From the human T2T-CHM13v2.0 reference genome, Homo sapiens: a DNA stretch of 64,000 nt. Below are positions 31,065 to 45,019 of this stretch, piece by piece. The notes under the pieces were generated by a model. That model did not search any database. It had not been told where the DNA came from and saw nothing but the letters and a program-made list of their open reading frames with translations. A program made the position numbers and the translations under genes. The stretch lies in assembly GCF_009914755.1 (NCBI RefSeq), contig NC_060930.1; one strand, 5' to 3'. Position 1 is the first letter of the stretch, and every line of letters starts with the position of its first letter.

Positions 31065-32251
31065 TTTATTATATATACATACATACAAAATATATGTACT
31101 GTTATTTAGTTAGGCTAATGGCTTTGAACAACAATAATAATAGTAATGTGGATTCCAGATAATTTATTTTCCTGAAATATAATTTAGTGTATTTTCATCA
31201 GCAGATTTGGTGGTACATTTTCTAAGTATTAGTCTTTGGAAAATCCGTTTAGGGAATATATCTCTGAATGTGTTGGCTGGTTAGAGTTAGTGTTAGGGAT
31301 AGGGTTAGGGTTTAAGTTTAATTAAAAAACTAACTTTTAAATAATGATTAATTATTAGTATTATGGATCTTGCAGTTGACTACCTATAAATTTCTTTATG
31401 TTTTAACCATTTTCTATTTTTATTGAAGTGTATCACTTAGTAGTTACTATCATTTACATTTAAAATTGTAGCATGGAAAATTAATAATTGGAATGTTACA
31501 TATTTAATCTATTTCTGTGAAACTACAAAAAATTTGTGAACTTTTCTCATGAATTCTTTAAAGGAAGTTGACTGGCCGTTTAGCCATTTATTTTACAGAA
31601 ATAATAATAAGGACTATTTAAACAATGTAGTTAATTTTAAAGTTTTTGAGCTTGGATTTTTTTTTTAAGGTATATTTTTCTTGTGGTTATAAAATGTTAA
31701 TTCTTCCCTGCTTTTGAGTAGGCGCCAATGGCGTAGAATGGTTTGGATTTATTGCATTTATCTGATGCCAAGCTGGAGATTATTGGGTGCCCTGCCTGCT
31801 GTGTGTCCAGCTCTGTGCTGAGGACAGTGGTGAGCAACTCCTGCTTGTGTCCCCAATTCCTGCCTGTCCTCCCCAGACCATGCACTCCATGGTCTGGTGA
31901 GGGGCTGTTATGATGAAAGGAAACAACTGCTCTGGTAGGGAAGGGAAGGTATTAGGTTATGTGGGGTACAAATCAATGGCCCCCAATGTAGTCTTGAGGA
32001 ATTGTAAGATGTTAGGGTGTTTGTTGGTTTATTTTGATGATAATTCCCAAATAAAGATCATATCTGTAGTTGATGACTAAAGCTGTTAGATTTTATCCAT
32101 TGTATTCATTTTATTTTTCTCCCCTCTAAGACCTACTTATATTTTTCATACCTTTTTAATTTCTGATTCGTGCTGGTGAGGGGGCTGTGCTTTAGAAGAG
32201 ATGCAGATTTTGAGATGAAAGAGCAGACTTCTTAACTGACCTCAGAATACT

Positions 32252-32562
<311 letters not shown>

Positions 32563-33644
32563 TAACTAACACTTTTAACTAAATTAAAGGAATGTAAAGG
32601 GTAAAGAATCATGTTTTGTAATACTTATAATAGTATTATTGTCAGTTAGATGATGTTAAAATATTCTTAATTTGGAAGGAGGAAACAGGCATCAAATAAA
32701 TTGGAAGTATGGAATAATGTATTGAGTTTAAGGGAGAATACTTAAGAATCTGACAGTATGCGTATATATTCATATATGTGCACACGTATTTGTGAAGATA
32801 TATGTGTAAATCGTCACACATATATGTAATATGTGTATTAAGCATATAAGCAAGCAGGCACTTATATACTTTCAGGGAATTGAGACACCCAAGTTTGTTT
32901 TTTATTTGGCTGTCCATATTTACACATATGTTCATATATATTATACATACCTGTGTATTTAAATGAGTAAATAATATATCTTTAATATGAGTAATACATG
33001 AACTTAAATCAACTAATACAGAAGCATATACAATAAAAAATTGGTGTTTTCTCCCTTTACTTGCCTCTGCTCTTTATCCTTATTATCAGCCTTACCAATT
33101 TCTTGTCACTTTCCCCAGAAATGCAGCTATGATAATATTATTCTTTAAAACATGTGTGCACATACACAAAAATTGACTTATGTAATGTACAAAGTCATTA
33201 ATCATTTAACAATGGGATACATTCTGAGAAATGTGTCGTTAGGTGATTTCCTCATTGGTCATTGTGCAAACACCATGGGGTGTACTTACACAAACCTAGA
33301 TGGTACAGCCAACTACACACGTAGCCTATATGGTATAGCCTATCGCTCCTAGGTTACAAACCTGCACAGCATGTTCATTTACTGAATACTGTAGGCAATT
33401 ACAGCACAGTGGTATTTGTGTATCTAAACAGAAAAGGTATAGTATAAAAGATAAAAAATTCATACAACCTGTATAGGACACTTACCATGAATAGAGCTTG
33501 AAGGACTGGAAGTTTCTCTGGGTTGAGTCAGTGAGTGGGTGGTGAGTGGATGGGGAGGCCTAGGACATTACTGCACGCTACTGTAGACTTTATAAATGCT
33601 GTATACTTAGGATATACTCAGTTTTTTAAAAAATTGTGTTAGTA

Positions 33645-33904
33645 CGCATATTCTCACTCATAGGTGGGAATTGAACGATGAGAACATATGGACACAGGAA
33701 GGGGAACATCACACTCTGGGGACTGTTCTGGGGTGGGGGGAGGGGGGAGGGATAGCATTGGGAGATATACCTAATGCTAGATGACGAGTTAGTGGGTGCA
33801 GCGCACCAGCATGGCAAATGTATACATATGTAACTAACCTGCACATTGTGCACATGTACCCTAAAACTTAAAGTATAATAATAATAAATAAATAAATAAA
33901 AAGA
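33645..33904 (+). mobile_element. L1PA2-like 5'-truncated 3' end
   Basis: gcattgggagatatacctaatgctagatgacgagttagtggg (GAG, not the ACA/ACG of L1HS); perfect 17-bp TSD aaaaaattgtgttagta (33628-44 / 33905-21). Confidence 0.92.
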
Positions 33905-34562
33905 AAAAAATTGTGTTAGTAATAAATTAACTGTAGCTTACTGTAACTTTATAACCTTTTAATTTTTAACTTTTTGACTCTTCTATGATAACATCTAGCT
34001 TAAAGCAAACACATCGTATAGCTGTACAAAAATATTTTTTATATTCTTATTCTATAAGTTTTTTTCTATTTTTAGAATTATTATTTTTTACTTTTTTAAC
34101 TTTGTTATTAAGAACTAAGACACACACACACACATTAGCCTAGCCCTGCACAGACTCAGGCTCATCAGTATCATTGTCTTCCATCTCTACATCTTGTCCC
34201 ACGGAAGGTCTTCAGGGGCAGTGACACATATGGAGCTGTCATTTCCCATGAGAACAGTGCTTCTTCTGGAATCCCTCCTGAAGGATCTGCCTGAGGCTAT
34301 TTTACTATTAACTTTTTTTAAAAATGAGTAGAAGGAGTACAGTCTAAAATGACAATAAAGTATAGTAAATACATAAACCAGTCATATAGTCATTTACTAT
34401 CATTATCAAGCATTATGTATTGTACATAATTGCATGTTCTGTATTTGTATATGACTGGCAGTGCAGTGGGTTTGTTTACACCAGCATCACCACAAATACG
34501 TGATGACTGTGTTGCATTATGATGTAGAAAGCCCAAATATCACTAGGCAATATGGATTTTTC

Positions 34563-34688
34563 GGCCGGGTGCGGTGGCTCATGCCTGTAATCTCAGCACT
34601 TTGGGAGGCCGAGGCGGGTAGATCACTTGGGGTTAGGAGTTCGAGACCAGTGCGTGGCCAACATGGTGCAACCCTGCCTCTACTAAAA
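34563..34688 (+). mobile_element. Alu left monomer only
   Basis: ggccgggtgcggtggctc...tctactaaaaa, then Tigger3 resumes; TSD-like gatttttc / aatttttc. Confidence 0.9.
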
Positions 34689-35949
34689 AGAATTTTTCAA
34701 CTCCTTTATAATCTTGTGAGACTACCATCGTACATTTAGTCTGTTGTTAACTGAAATGTCATTATGGAATGCTTGACTGGATACTAATATGAAAGTCTAT
34801 TATTTAAAAAATTTAGGATTCTCATACTCTAAAAAGTCACTATCCATATTTCTACAGTTTGAACTTAAATTGAAAGTTAAAGCTCTACCAGTAGGAAAAC
34901 ACCAGCTAGTGACCTGACCATTTATAAAATTTGGCTCCACTCAACCGCCTCCATGATTTTAGGTTACCGTTTATTTCCCATCCATCTGATCAGTATCTTT
35001 ATCAGTTTCTTGCTGATTTTTAATTTTCTCACTCATAGTAATTTTATTTACATAGTATGCATTTGAAATAGAATGAGAACAAAGCACTCCCAATTTTCTC
35101 TAGTGACCAAACATGATAAAACACAAACCAGGATCTATTAAAGTAAATGAGAACTCGAGACTCTGAATTACAAATCAGAATCAGTAGGTCCTGACTTCAT
35201 CAGTCTATAGTGTTCTGTTCCAGCATTCTTTTGAAGCATCTCTCTTGGAATAAGCCCCCACCCCTTAGTCTCATGTTCCAAATTCATTGTTATGTGTACA
35301 CATTGACTTCTCATCCCTAATAGACCATTTCTGTTTCTTCATTTGTTCATGTAGTAGTTAACCTGTTGATTCCAGACACTTCCCTCGGTTATGTGTGTAA
35401 ATTGTGCAAGCCACTGGATGTGCAGTGCTGAAAGTGGGTCACCTCCTTGATAGTGGGGGGCTGGCATTGCCATACCTCCTGCCCCCCAGCCAGAGCCCTC
35501 TGTGCCTTGTGAGAGACTCTGATCGCTCTCCTGATATACTAACTCTTCACCACTCTCCTCTCACCTTGTGTATTTACTTTCTGACTCACACCATTGTTCC
35601 CCAAATATTGTCTTCCTTTTCCTATTTATACCCTTCTTCATGTTCTTTCCTCAAAGAAGTGTTTCCTGTCAACCCTCACAGTTTGCCAGTATTCAACAGG
35701 TTGAAAGAGAACAAATTATTAATTTTTTAAGAAGCACTTTAAACAGAAGGTGCTTTCAGTTTTTCAAAAGATTTTCATAGCTGATAACATACTTGCTATT
35801 TGCTGTGTATGTTAGAAAATAGATTGGGAGCAAACCATCTATTTTATTTCAGTTTTGTGTTATTAAAAAATAATCATTTCAGCCTAGTGTTTTAAGGCTT
35901 TTCAGAAATAATGTGAAATAATTTAATATTACTAAGATTTAGGGTTGTA

Positions 35950-37900
35950 TGAGTTCATATTTATGGGATGGCCTTGGGCTTGAGGGCATTTTTAGATGAG
36001 TTAATTTTTTGTAATCTGTTTTATTTATACATATACTGTAAATGCTTTAATTCATTGTTATTTTTGCTTTAAACAATTATCTTTTGAAGAACTAAAGAAA
36101 AAGATATAGTCTTACATTTGCCTCTGTCTTTTTCTTCTTATAAATTGGGATTTGGCAACCTTTTTTTGTAAGGCACAAGATAGTAAATATTACAGATTTT
36201 GTGGACCTCATAGTCTGCAGTCTTTGTCACATATTCTTCTTCTTTTTTTTTTTTTATTAAATAAATAATGCATGGGCACTACAGAAACAGCGATAGGCTG
36301 AAGTTGGCCTGTGGACCATGGTGCTCTGTCCCCTGCTATGGTGCTTATTTCCATCTGTTGTCATTTTCCATCAGCCTGAATCAGCCCCTTTTAGCATTGC
36401 TTATAATATTGGCAAGAAATTGTCTCAACTTTTTTCTAAAAATATCATCACTTTGCTTTACTTTCAAAGGGTAATTTGGCTAGATATAGAATTCTAGTTA
36501 GACATTTTTAAATCCTGTTGCCTCGCTGCTTCTCCCTCCCCTTCCCCTCTCCCACTTCGTGCCCCTCCCTTTCCTCATCTCTATTCCTGTTTTAATCTGC
36601 TGGTTTGCTGTGATAGGTCTATGTGTAGTATCCTTTAGAGTCATCTTCCCTGGGTTCACCGAGCCTCCTGGATCTGCAGGCTGATATTTTCAGTCAAGTT
36701 TGGGGAATATTCTTCTATTCCCTTTTTCCAGCTCTCTCTTCTGGAGCTTTCGTTGCATCTGTGTTAGATTACATGATATGATTCCACAGTTTGTTCATTT
36801 TTTTCAGGCTTTTCTCTGTATGCGTTGGTTGGATAATTTTTGTTGACTTGTCTTCAAGTTCGTGACTCCTTTCCTAACGGCAGTGCCCTGTCTGCTGTTA
36901 TTCTCATCCAGTGAATTTTTATTTCAGCTATTGTACTTTTCTGTTCTAGTATTTCCATTCTTTTTAGAGTTTCTATATCTCTTCTGAAATCTTCTACTCT
37001 TCATTCATTCTTTACCCATCTTTTTTCTGTAAATTATTTCCTATATATTATAGTTATTTTACATCCCTTGTCTGCTGATTCCAACATCTTTGTCTTGTGT
37101 AGTTCTTATTCTTTTTACTGCTTTCTCTGTGTGTCACATTTTTGTGATTTGCGTGCCTAATAATTTTTAATCACATAGAGAACAATGTGGATATGTTTTA
37201 GAGGCTCTCTATTGTCATCTGCATCTGAAGATTATCATGTGTTTTCTAGCAGGCAGTTAAATTACTATCAGATTATTTCATAGACTGGTGGAGGCTTGCT
37301 TTGAGGCCTTTTAGAGTAGGTCTGTTGAGTTGCCCGTAGTCTGAAGTTTCAGTGGAAATAGAAGATGTTTGCTTGGCTACTCTATCCCTGGCAGGACTTG
37401 AGTTCCTAGCTCCTTGTCCCCCATATTGAGTCACTGCTGATACTTTGCTCAGTTCTTCCAGTCTTCCTTTGGGTGGCTTTACTTTGGGTTCCTTGTCTTT
37501 TACACAAGCAGTTCAAAAGACAGCCAAGGATTTGAGGGTTTGTTATTAGATTCTAGACTCCCTCCTCTGAGTCTCCCTCTTTTCTGGGATTTCCGCTCAC
37601 TGTACCTACCTCCTCCCAATTTCCAGCTGCCCCAGACCCCATCTCTGTGTCCTCCAGCTCAGTAATACTGCTTCCTGCCTCACTGTTCCTAGGGGACTGG
37701 CCGTTGCCCTGGGGGAAAGACCATTTAAATGTGGCCTCACCTCCTTCGCATCTCAGCCTTTAAGGGTCAACACATCTAGTTTCTGCCAGCTCTTGGTCAC
37801 TCTCCAGCACTTTCATTAAAAATATATATTTTCTCTACATTTTTATTGTTATTAGAAGGAGAGTTAGTCTCATATAGGCTATTCTGCCATTACCAGAAGC
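35950..37900 (-). mobile_element. Ancient L1M 5'/ORF1-region fragments
   Basis: ggctagatatagaattctagtt, tcaagtttggggaa, catccagtgaatttttatttcagctattgta. Confidence 0.65.
36146..36336 (+). mobile_element. MER58-family hAT element
   Basis: ggcaaccttttttt...agatagtaaatatt...ttggcctgtggacc...cccctg. Confidence 0.7.
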
Positions 37901-38711
37901 CTGAGTCCTAAGTGAGTAGATATTAAAATCTTGGGGAACCTTTGCCATCCAGATTTTCATCATGTTAAAGGATTAAGACACTCTGGGAAGCCTCCTGAGC
38001 TGGCAGGCGGAAAAATAAGATGGTGCTGGGATCCTTTTGGTTGGTGAATTTGAGTGCCCCCGGTTGGCTGGCAGGGTTTGTGGGTGAGCTGGTGAGAGGT
38101 CCCTGCACCACACACTCCCCACCTCACTACTGCTGGGAACAAAAGTAGATTGATTGGAGTGGGTGTGCACCATGAGAGCTGTACATCACTGTTCTTTCTT
38201 CCTTGTGCATTTGTAGAAATTGCATTGTTTACTGTATGTTATAGGTACTTATGCATGAAAACATTTTATTTGATTAAAATATTTTCATCTCCACTAAAGC
38301 TTAGGTTCTAAAATGGGGGATACTGCCTTACTCAAAAGTTGGCACATGGCCGATTCTAAAGATGATGTGAGTGTCCTATGCCAAGCACAATGCCTGATGC
38401 ACCGATATCAGTGATTTTTTCTTTCCTGTCTACTCTCTTCCACTCTATGATAGTTGTTAAAAATAATTGGATTGGGAAATTAAGAAAAGGAAAGATTATA
38501 TACCTACTTTTTAAACTTATTTTTCCGTATGGCAAAATAAGAATAGTGTGTACTAGTAAGAGCTATATTACTATATTATTTGGGGAGAAATTTAACAACT
38601 GAAAAAAATGAAAATGAGCAGAAAAGTTAGTGTTCAATAGCACCATAAAAATGTATCTTTGAATCCTCATTCACAGTGCAAGAATAATGATAGTGTAGTG
38701 TAGGTCTGTAG

Positions 38712-38776
38712 CAGGGGTTCTTGACATGGATTTAGGGGTCTCCATAGATCGCTGCAGTCCTTAATTGTATGAAAAA

Positions 38777-38811
<35 letters not shown>

Positions 38812-39472
38812 CGTGCATGTCCTTGTCTCTCTTTCTGAGAGAGGCTGTACGCTGGTCATGAGATTTTTTTTTTTATAGAGATCTTTTGAAGTTTTATTCT
38901 TTTTAAAAAATTATCACTTTTTTAATAGAAAAAGTGATGGATCAGTATTGGAGTAGGATTATGAAGATGTAATTTATAAAGATAGAAAGAATGTATCCAT
39001 GTTTTCTTATGTCTTTTCATGTTTGATAGTATGTATGTATACATACACAAACATGAAAAATAACCTGGAAACTAATGTGGTAATATGTTAACAGTGGCAA
39101 ATTGGGATAGTTGAAATACTTTCTTCTTGTATTAGATATCGTTTAAATTTCAAAAACCAAAGTTAAATCTCACAAGTTAATTAGTTCAAACAGAAAAGAC
39201 AGTAAAAAAAGTACAGTGAAACCTGTGTCTTTCTCACACCGCCCCTTTCCTCAGGGCTGACTGCAGCAGTGACTTGTGTATCCTTTCATGCACACGCACA
39301 GGCACGTAGACACGTGCATGACACAGATGGAAGTGTACCATGTACATTGCTCTGCTCCTTGGGTTTGGCGTTTTAGATTTTGTATCTTGAAGGCTTTCCA
39401 ATTTTCAGATTCTTAAAGGGGAGGTCTTTGACCCTATCTCCCAATCCCCTCGAAAGGAATGAAGAACTTTGG
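38712..39472 (+). mobile_element. Charlie4z-like element split by a ~530-bp L1-like insert
   Basis: caggggttcttgac...aattgtatg...(TG)n...catgagatt, resuming cagattcttaaagggg...gacc...aagaac near 39405. Confidence 0.5.
38777..38820. repeat. (GT)13(GC)5 alternating purine-pyrimidine tract
   Basis: Seen directly. Confidence 0.95.
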
Positions 39473-39750
39473 ATGTCTAGAAATTGTTTTCTATTCTGTT
39501 ATCCTTTTCAGCTTTGGTGTGTGCAAACCTGACTCCTAGTGGTAGTTCAGAAATTATTTCCTTTCCTTTGGGCTCAGATGATTTTTAGGGGCAGTGACCT
39601 TTTGAATGCCCACTCTGCGCTGGCCTTTAGCTGCTTCACCTCACTCGTCTTGCACTGTCACATGTCATTTCTTGTTTATTATTACTAACACTACAACAAC
39701 ACGTGTTGAGTTTGGTAATCTTTCAGTTTTTAAAAAATTTCAGATTGGGC

Positions 39751-40270
39751 CTTTTTTTTTTTTCTAAACTTCATTATGGAAGTTTTAAAATGATTACAAA
39801 ATAGAATAGTGTAATAAGCCTCCATTTACCTATCGTTCAGCTTCAGTAACTAACAGCTGGTAGCCAGTCTGGTTGCATTTACTACTCTGGCTACTTCCAC
39901 CCTCCCACATTGCTTTAAAGCTAACCTTGGGGATATCATCTCATTCCTATGTTTTCATTATATAAGCTCCAAACGATAAGGGATATCTTTTCATGTCATC
40001 ACAATACCTTTGTGAAACAAACAAAAATAAAGAAGAGTAATTTCCTTAATAATATGGTCAAATATCCTGTCAGTATTTGAATTTCCAGTTGTCCCCAGTA
40101 GTGTAATTTTTTAAACATTTCGTTAGAATGAGGGCAAATAAGCTCCACCTGTTTTATAAGTTGATGTATCTTTTGTATTCTTTTGATCTGTGGGTACCCT
40201 TTCCAATTCTCTTCTTGCTTTTTTTGCAGGTTATTTTTGAAAGGAACTGAGTTGTTTGTCTTATAGCTTT
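39751..40270 (-). mobile_element. Old L1M 3' end
   Basis: Poly-T, then cattatggaagtttt...agaatagtgtaataagcctccat. Confidence 0.55.
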
Positions 40271-40563
40271 TTTACCATTGGTCTTTGTTTTTTCAAACAG
40301 TCAAATATAGAAATATGCTTCATTAAAGAATATTAACTGATTGCTTTTAAGTTTTTAGATATTCTTTCAATATCAGATTATATTTGAATATACATTTGTT
40401 GCCTAACATATCTCTGTTTATGGCTTTGACTTGTATGGGTTACTAATTAAGCACATGTTTATTGATTTGAAGTAGGGTATACTTTTTGAAATAAAAACTC
40501 ACAAGAAAAAATAGTTCAAAATCAGATAAAATTACTTTGAAAACATCTTAGAGAGAGAGATGC

Positions 40564-40952
40564 TGTTTTAGTCTGTTTGTGCTTGCTGTAACAAAACACC
40601 TGAGACTGGATAATTTATAAAGGAACAGAAATTTCTTTTTCACAGTTCTGGGGGCTGGGATTCCAAGATCAAGGTGGCAGCACTGGTGAGGGCCCTCTTG
40701 CTGTGTCTTCACATGGAGGAAGGCAGAAGGTTAAGAGAAGGACAAACCCTGTGTCCTCACATGGCTGAAGAGCGGAAGAGAGTAAACCCACTCCTGCAGT
40801 CCTTTTTTATATCAGCATAGGTCCATCATGAGGGTGGAGCCTTCATGACCTAAACACCGCCCAGTAGACCCTGCCTCCCATTGCTGTTGCATTGTGGATT
40901 AAGTTTCCAACACATGCATTTTGGAGGGGACAAAAACATCGAGACCACAGCA
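40564..40952 (-). mobile_element. MaLR solo LTR (MSTC/MSTD-like)
   Basis: tgttttagtctgttt...gagactggataatttataa...tccaagatcaagg...ttttggagggg...accacagca. Confidence 0.85.
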
Positions 40953-42766
40953 GACAGCCATATCAGTGCAACAGGTAGTGAGTGAATTTGTCTGCCAAAT
41001 TTCTGATTGGGGCTGAAGGAAAGAGAATTCTTGTTTCACTTTTAATTAGAATATAGTCAGCTACTTAACGTTACATGAGAGAGGCCTTTTCAGAGTCTCT
41101 GTGATGTGAGCATAGATTACCTAGAGTAAGTTTTCCGTAGAGGTGGATCTTGCTGGAGGGATGATGTATATCAAATAGGAAGCCAGGGCCCTAAACTACA
41201 ACTTACAAAGCCCCAGGAGGAGCCCAGAAACTTCTCTTACTGACAGAGTTTTCTTCCTAAGTGAATTATCTGAAGCATTGTGAACCCGAGTCATATGCAG
41301 TGAGGCCTCAATTATAACTGGATTATGTAACAAAAATTCAGTTTTAAATCTGTGGTTTGGTGCCCAGACCACATTTGCCCTTAGTAATAATGTGTCATAT
41401 CAGATTAGGTTTTCAGCATAGCCTGCAAAAGGTATTTAATTTGCGATGTACCTGACTATTGTCACTGGCAATACAGAGCTCATCCTGCTAACGTCATCCC
41501 TGGTGGCGATGCCATTGTGTCCAGAGGGACGCTTTGTTCAGGGTTACATTCAAGACTCCAGGTGGGTGCTCTCGTGCCATGGGATCCTGGACAGGAGCTC
41601 TGAAGTCCTTGGCGTCCTTGTCATAAGTCATCTGCACTTGTCATCTTTCGTAGGCATGTGATGGGGAAGTGAGAGCTTCCTGAAGTAAGGAGCCTTCTCA
41701 GGGAATGTGTGAAACTTACAAGGGGAAGATGGGGCTGGAGATCCACCAGCTGAAGGTGCCAACACAGTGATGATAAGTCCGGTGTCTGGGGCTGGAAGGT
41801 CTTAAGTCTTAGCTGTTGGTTTGGTCGTTGGGTCTATAGTAGAAAACTGAAGCATCAGTATATTATTTATCTCAAATTGACATCTAATTCTGTTGAGACT
41901 TCTAGAAGAAATGTAATGGCATTCTTCCCTTTCTCATCTTCTGTGCCTCTCAGTCTCCCTCTTCTTACTCAAGAGGGGGTTGGACAGTTATTTTCACTGT
42001 TTCTTTTCTGCTACTCCCACATTTTAAATCTTCATCCTTTCCTTTTTCTCTTAGAGAGTATGGATGTGTTTGTATCTGTAGTAATTTGAGATCACAGAAT
42101 GCGATGGAGTACCATCTTGAAAAGAGGCTATATCTTGCTTGCTGTTGTATTTCCCCCACAGAGAATTACCAATTCTGGAAAGGATTACAAAAGAAGAGGA
42201 CATTGTTTAGGTAAGAAGATGGTGAAGAAGAATGCATATGGCAAGTTAATGGGACAGTTGTGAATAGTGACTGTAGGATTAATATCTGACAGGCAGGTCT
42301 GTTGATCTCAATACTCCTAGAGAAGGGATGTGAAAGATGCCAAGCAAAGCATTGACTCAGCTATAATAGCTAAAAAACATAGTCACTAATTGACAACTTA
42401 GCATTTAAGAACGTCTGAAAGAATAGTCTCGGTGGTCTGTGTTTCGTTTGACTTGGTCCGCATTGTCAGGCTTGGTGCTGCCCCGTCTCTGTTGCTCAGA
42501 TCCTCTGCCCCAGTACCAGTAGACCAAGCTTTTCTCAGAATGTGTCTTGTTCCAACAGAACCAGAAATCTGAAATATCAGAAAGGATTTGCTCCAACACA
42601 TAGTACAGTTCTCGTGGTTCCTGGTCTGCAGTGAGCTAAATGCACAAGGCCCAGGAAGGGGAGCGGCTCGGATTTGGAGAGGCAGTCAGAGTTCACTACA
42701 CTTAGTGGCTTAGTTTCTGTGTTTTTGCCCCAGGTAATAGCAGCACCTTGTATCTGAGTCCTCCTT

Positions 42767-42892
42767 AAAAAAAAAAAAAATACATACATATATATACACA
42801 CACACACACACATACATATATATACATATATATACACACACTATACACACATATAAACATATATATAAACACACACACACATATATATATAC
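42767..42892. repeat. A-run followed by TA/CA low-complexity microsatellite
   Basis: Seen directly. Confidence 0.9.
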
Positions 42893-43801
42893 TTTTAACA
42901 TTTGTTATAGGGGAAAATGGATGTAATTATTTGCTGACAAGGGGTGGGGTAGTGGCCTGCCTGAAAAGCTGGAGGAGCATGCCAGTGAGTTTGTTTTGTT
43001 TTTTTTAAGTCTTTGAGATCCTGGGTCTCTCCCAACCATCCGTAAATCTGCATCCTTAGCCCCAAATTCAGGGTGTGGATGCATGTGCCCGTGTGTGTGC
43101 GTGCGTGTATGCGTGTGCATGTGTGAATCCATACTGGATTAGTAGCCCAAGTTCAGTGGACCCTGGCGTGTAGCCTCTCAGGGTGAGAATACTGTCTTGT
43201 TCTTGCTCTCCCACCATGGTTACGATGACTACCTCCTTCCATTCGCTACATCAGAAATCATCCAGTGGGAAGAGGAAACCAATGTTGTCATACTCTAATA
43301 ATTATATCCATCCCACAGTGGGCAACATATTTTGTTGTGATTATTAGAAAACTATATTATTAGAAATATGTATTGGAAAGCTTATCAATTTTCAACATCT
43401 TTATAACAATAGTTTATATATTTAAATAGTTTTTGTATCTTCAAGCATTAAATTTTCAGCTGGGAAATTATGTTCTAGTTTAGGGCTGACAGTAATAATT
43501 ATTAGATCTATTTTTGGTTTAATACCTATTAAAAATATAGGCTCTGGCTTTGGATTTTAGAGGTATAATTTAATTAGACATTCTTAGCCATGAAGTGCAC
43601 ATTGAACTTTTCCTTCCTTATCTTCCTCAGTATCCACTAACATCAGCAGCAGCTTTGATAAGGCAGACAGATGCTGCTGCTGCCCCTGGTACTTGATAAA
43701 ATATTGCTTCGAAGAGCTGGCTGATAAGACTTTTCTCCCTTAACTACTTGCATTTTATACAATTTTGAATCTTGACCAGATAATATCTGTAATTTAGAGA
43801 A

Positions 43802-43952
43802 CATTGATTTGCAAGGTTGGCCGCATGTTGGAATCACCTGGGAAACTTTTTAAAAGGCTGATTTAATTGGAGTGGGGTGCAGCCTGAGTATCAAGATTTT
43901 TAAATGACTAATATTAGGTGAATCAAATATGCAGCAATTATTTAACAACTCT
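43802..43952. mobile_element. MER5-family hAT element
   Basis: gaatcacctgggaaactttttaaaa...tgatttaattgg...ggggtgcagcctgag. Confidence 0.65.
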
Positions 43953-44094
43953 GTAATAGAAATTAATACAACAAATTTGATTCTTGTCCATGGAAATGCA
44001 AATTGTGCCTGGTGAAGATGCAATTGATTATTGCCCTGTGGATGTTGATTATTTTCACATAATTAAGCAAATTTATTTTGACATTCCTGATGGC

Positions 44095-44146
<52 letters not shown>
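44095..44146. repeat. (ATCT)13 / GATA tetranucleotide STR
   Basis: 13 perfect units counted. Confidence 0.97.
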
Positions 44147-44148
<2 letters not shown>

Positions 44149-45019
44149 ATCTGGTCTTTGAATTCTCCTTTGAATGAGTTATAGTGTCTTGCTGTTTTAT
44201 TAATAAATGAGTTAAATCTTTAAAAATATGCAGCAAAAGTTGGGTTTTACTGTTTTAGGGGATGTAGAAAGGGTCATCAAAGCAGGAGCTAAAAGAGTGG
44301 CACTAAGAGAATCATCCTTGGGCTAAGTTGATTTGACACCTGTCTAAAGAAGGTGCTTTTGGACTTTTAGCTCGGCCCCTCACCTGGGCTCCTGTGGGCT
44401 CTGAAATAGTGTGAGGTTTTCGGAAGGAGACTTTGGGAGTTTGCTTTTATTTTTACTTCTTAGGGAATGTGTGCTCAACCATAAAAGACAGTGGTCTTCC
44501 TAGCATCTTCTATGGGTAAAAACATATTTAGTATAAGGGGGAACTTCTTTCCCCCACTATTAAAAGTGCAGTTTAAGGGTGGTGGTCTCACAAGGCTGCC
44601 AAATGAAACCAGGTGATTGATATATACTGTATGTATAAATAATTAGATATGTTAAGAGACAAAATAATGTAAAATCCTTAGAAGGCTCAGTGTAACACAT
44701 TTGTTGTGTGTCTGTGTACATTTTGTTATTTTCATGGTCTGTTTTGATATCAAGATGGTTTTCATAAAGAAGAAACAACATTTAGTTGATCTATGATCTT
44801 AAAGTACAGTGGACCTCATATCTACTTTTCTCTTTGAACTTTTAAAAGTTTTTTTCTGTATCACAATGGAAACATGCTTTCTGAAAAGGATAAGTGAAGA
44901 GTTTTGCAAAGGGCAGACCATAAAAGTGTAGCAAGATGAGGCATTTCACATTTTAAATTTTATTATAGAATGTTTTGTTCCTAATCACCTTTGCTATTCC
45001 ACAGCTCATTATCACACTA

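Larger units (their letters stand above)
33192..34779 (+). mobile_element. Tigger3-family (Tigger3b-like) DNA transposon hosting nested L1 and Alu
   Basis: gatacattctgagaaatgtgtcgttagg...tgtacttacacaaacctagatgg; terminal ...gcttgactg. Confidence 0.88.

Noticed and set aside
31280-31320. Interstitial telomeric repeat (gttagggatagggttaggg)
   Set aside because: Only two exact TTAGGG units; too degenerate to call, and possibly part of an old repeat I cannot identify.
33645-33904. Active L1HS-Ta insertion
   Set aside because: Diagnostic site reads GAG rather than ACA/ACG, and cattgtgcac rather than caatgtgcac; it is a 260-bp truncated L1PA2-like piece.
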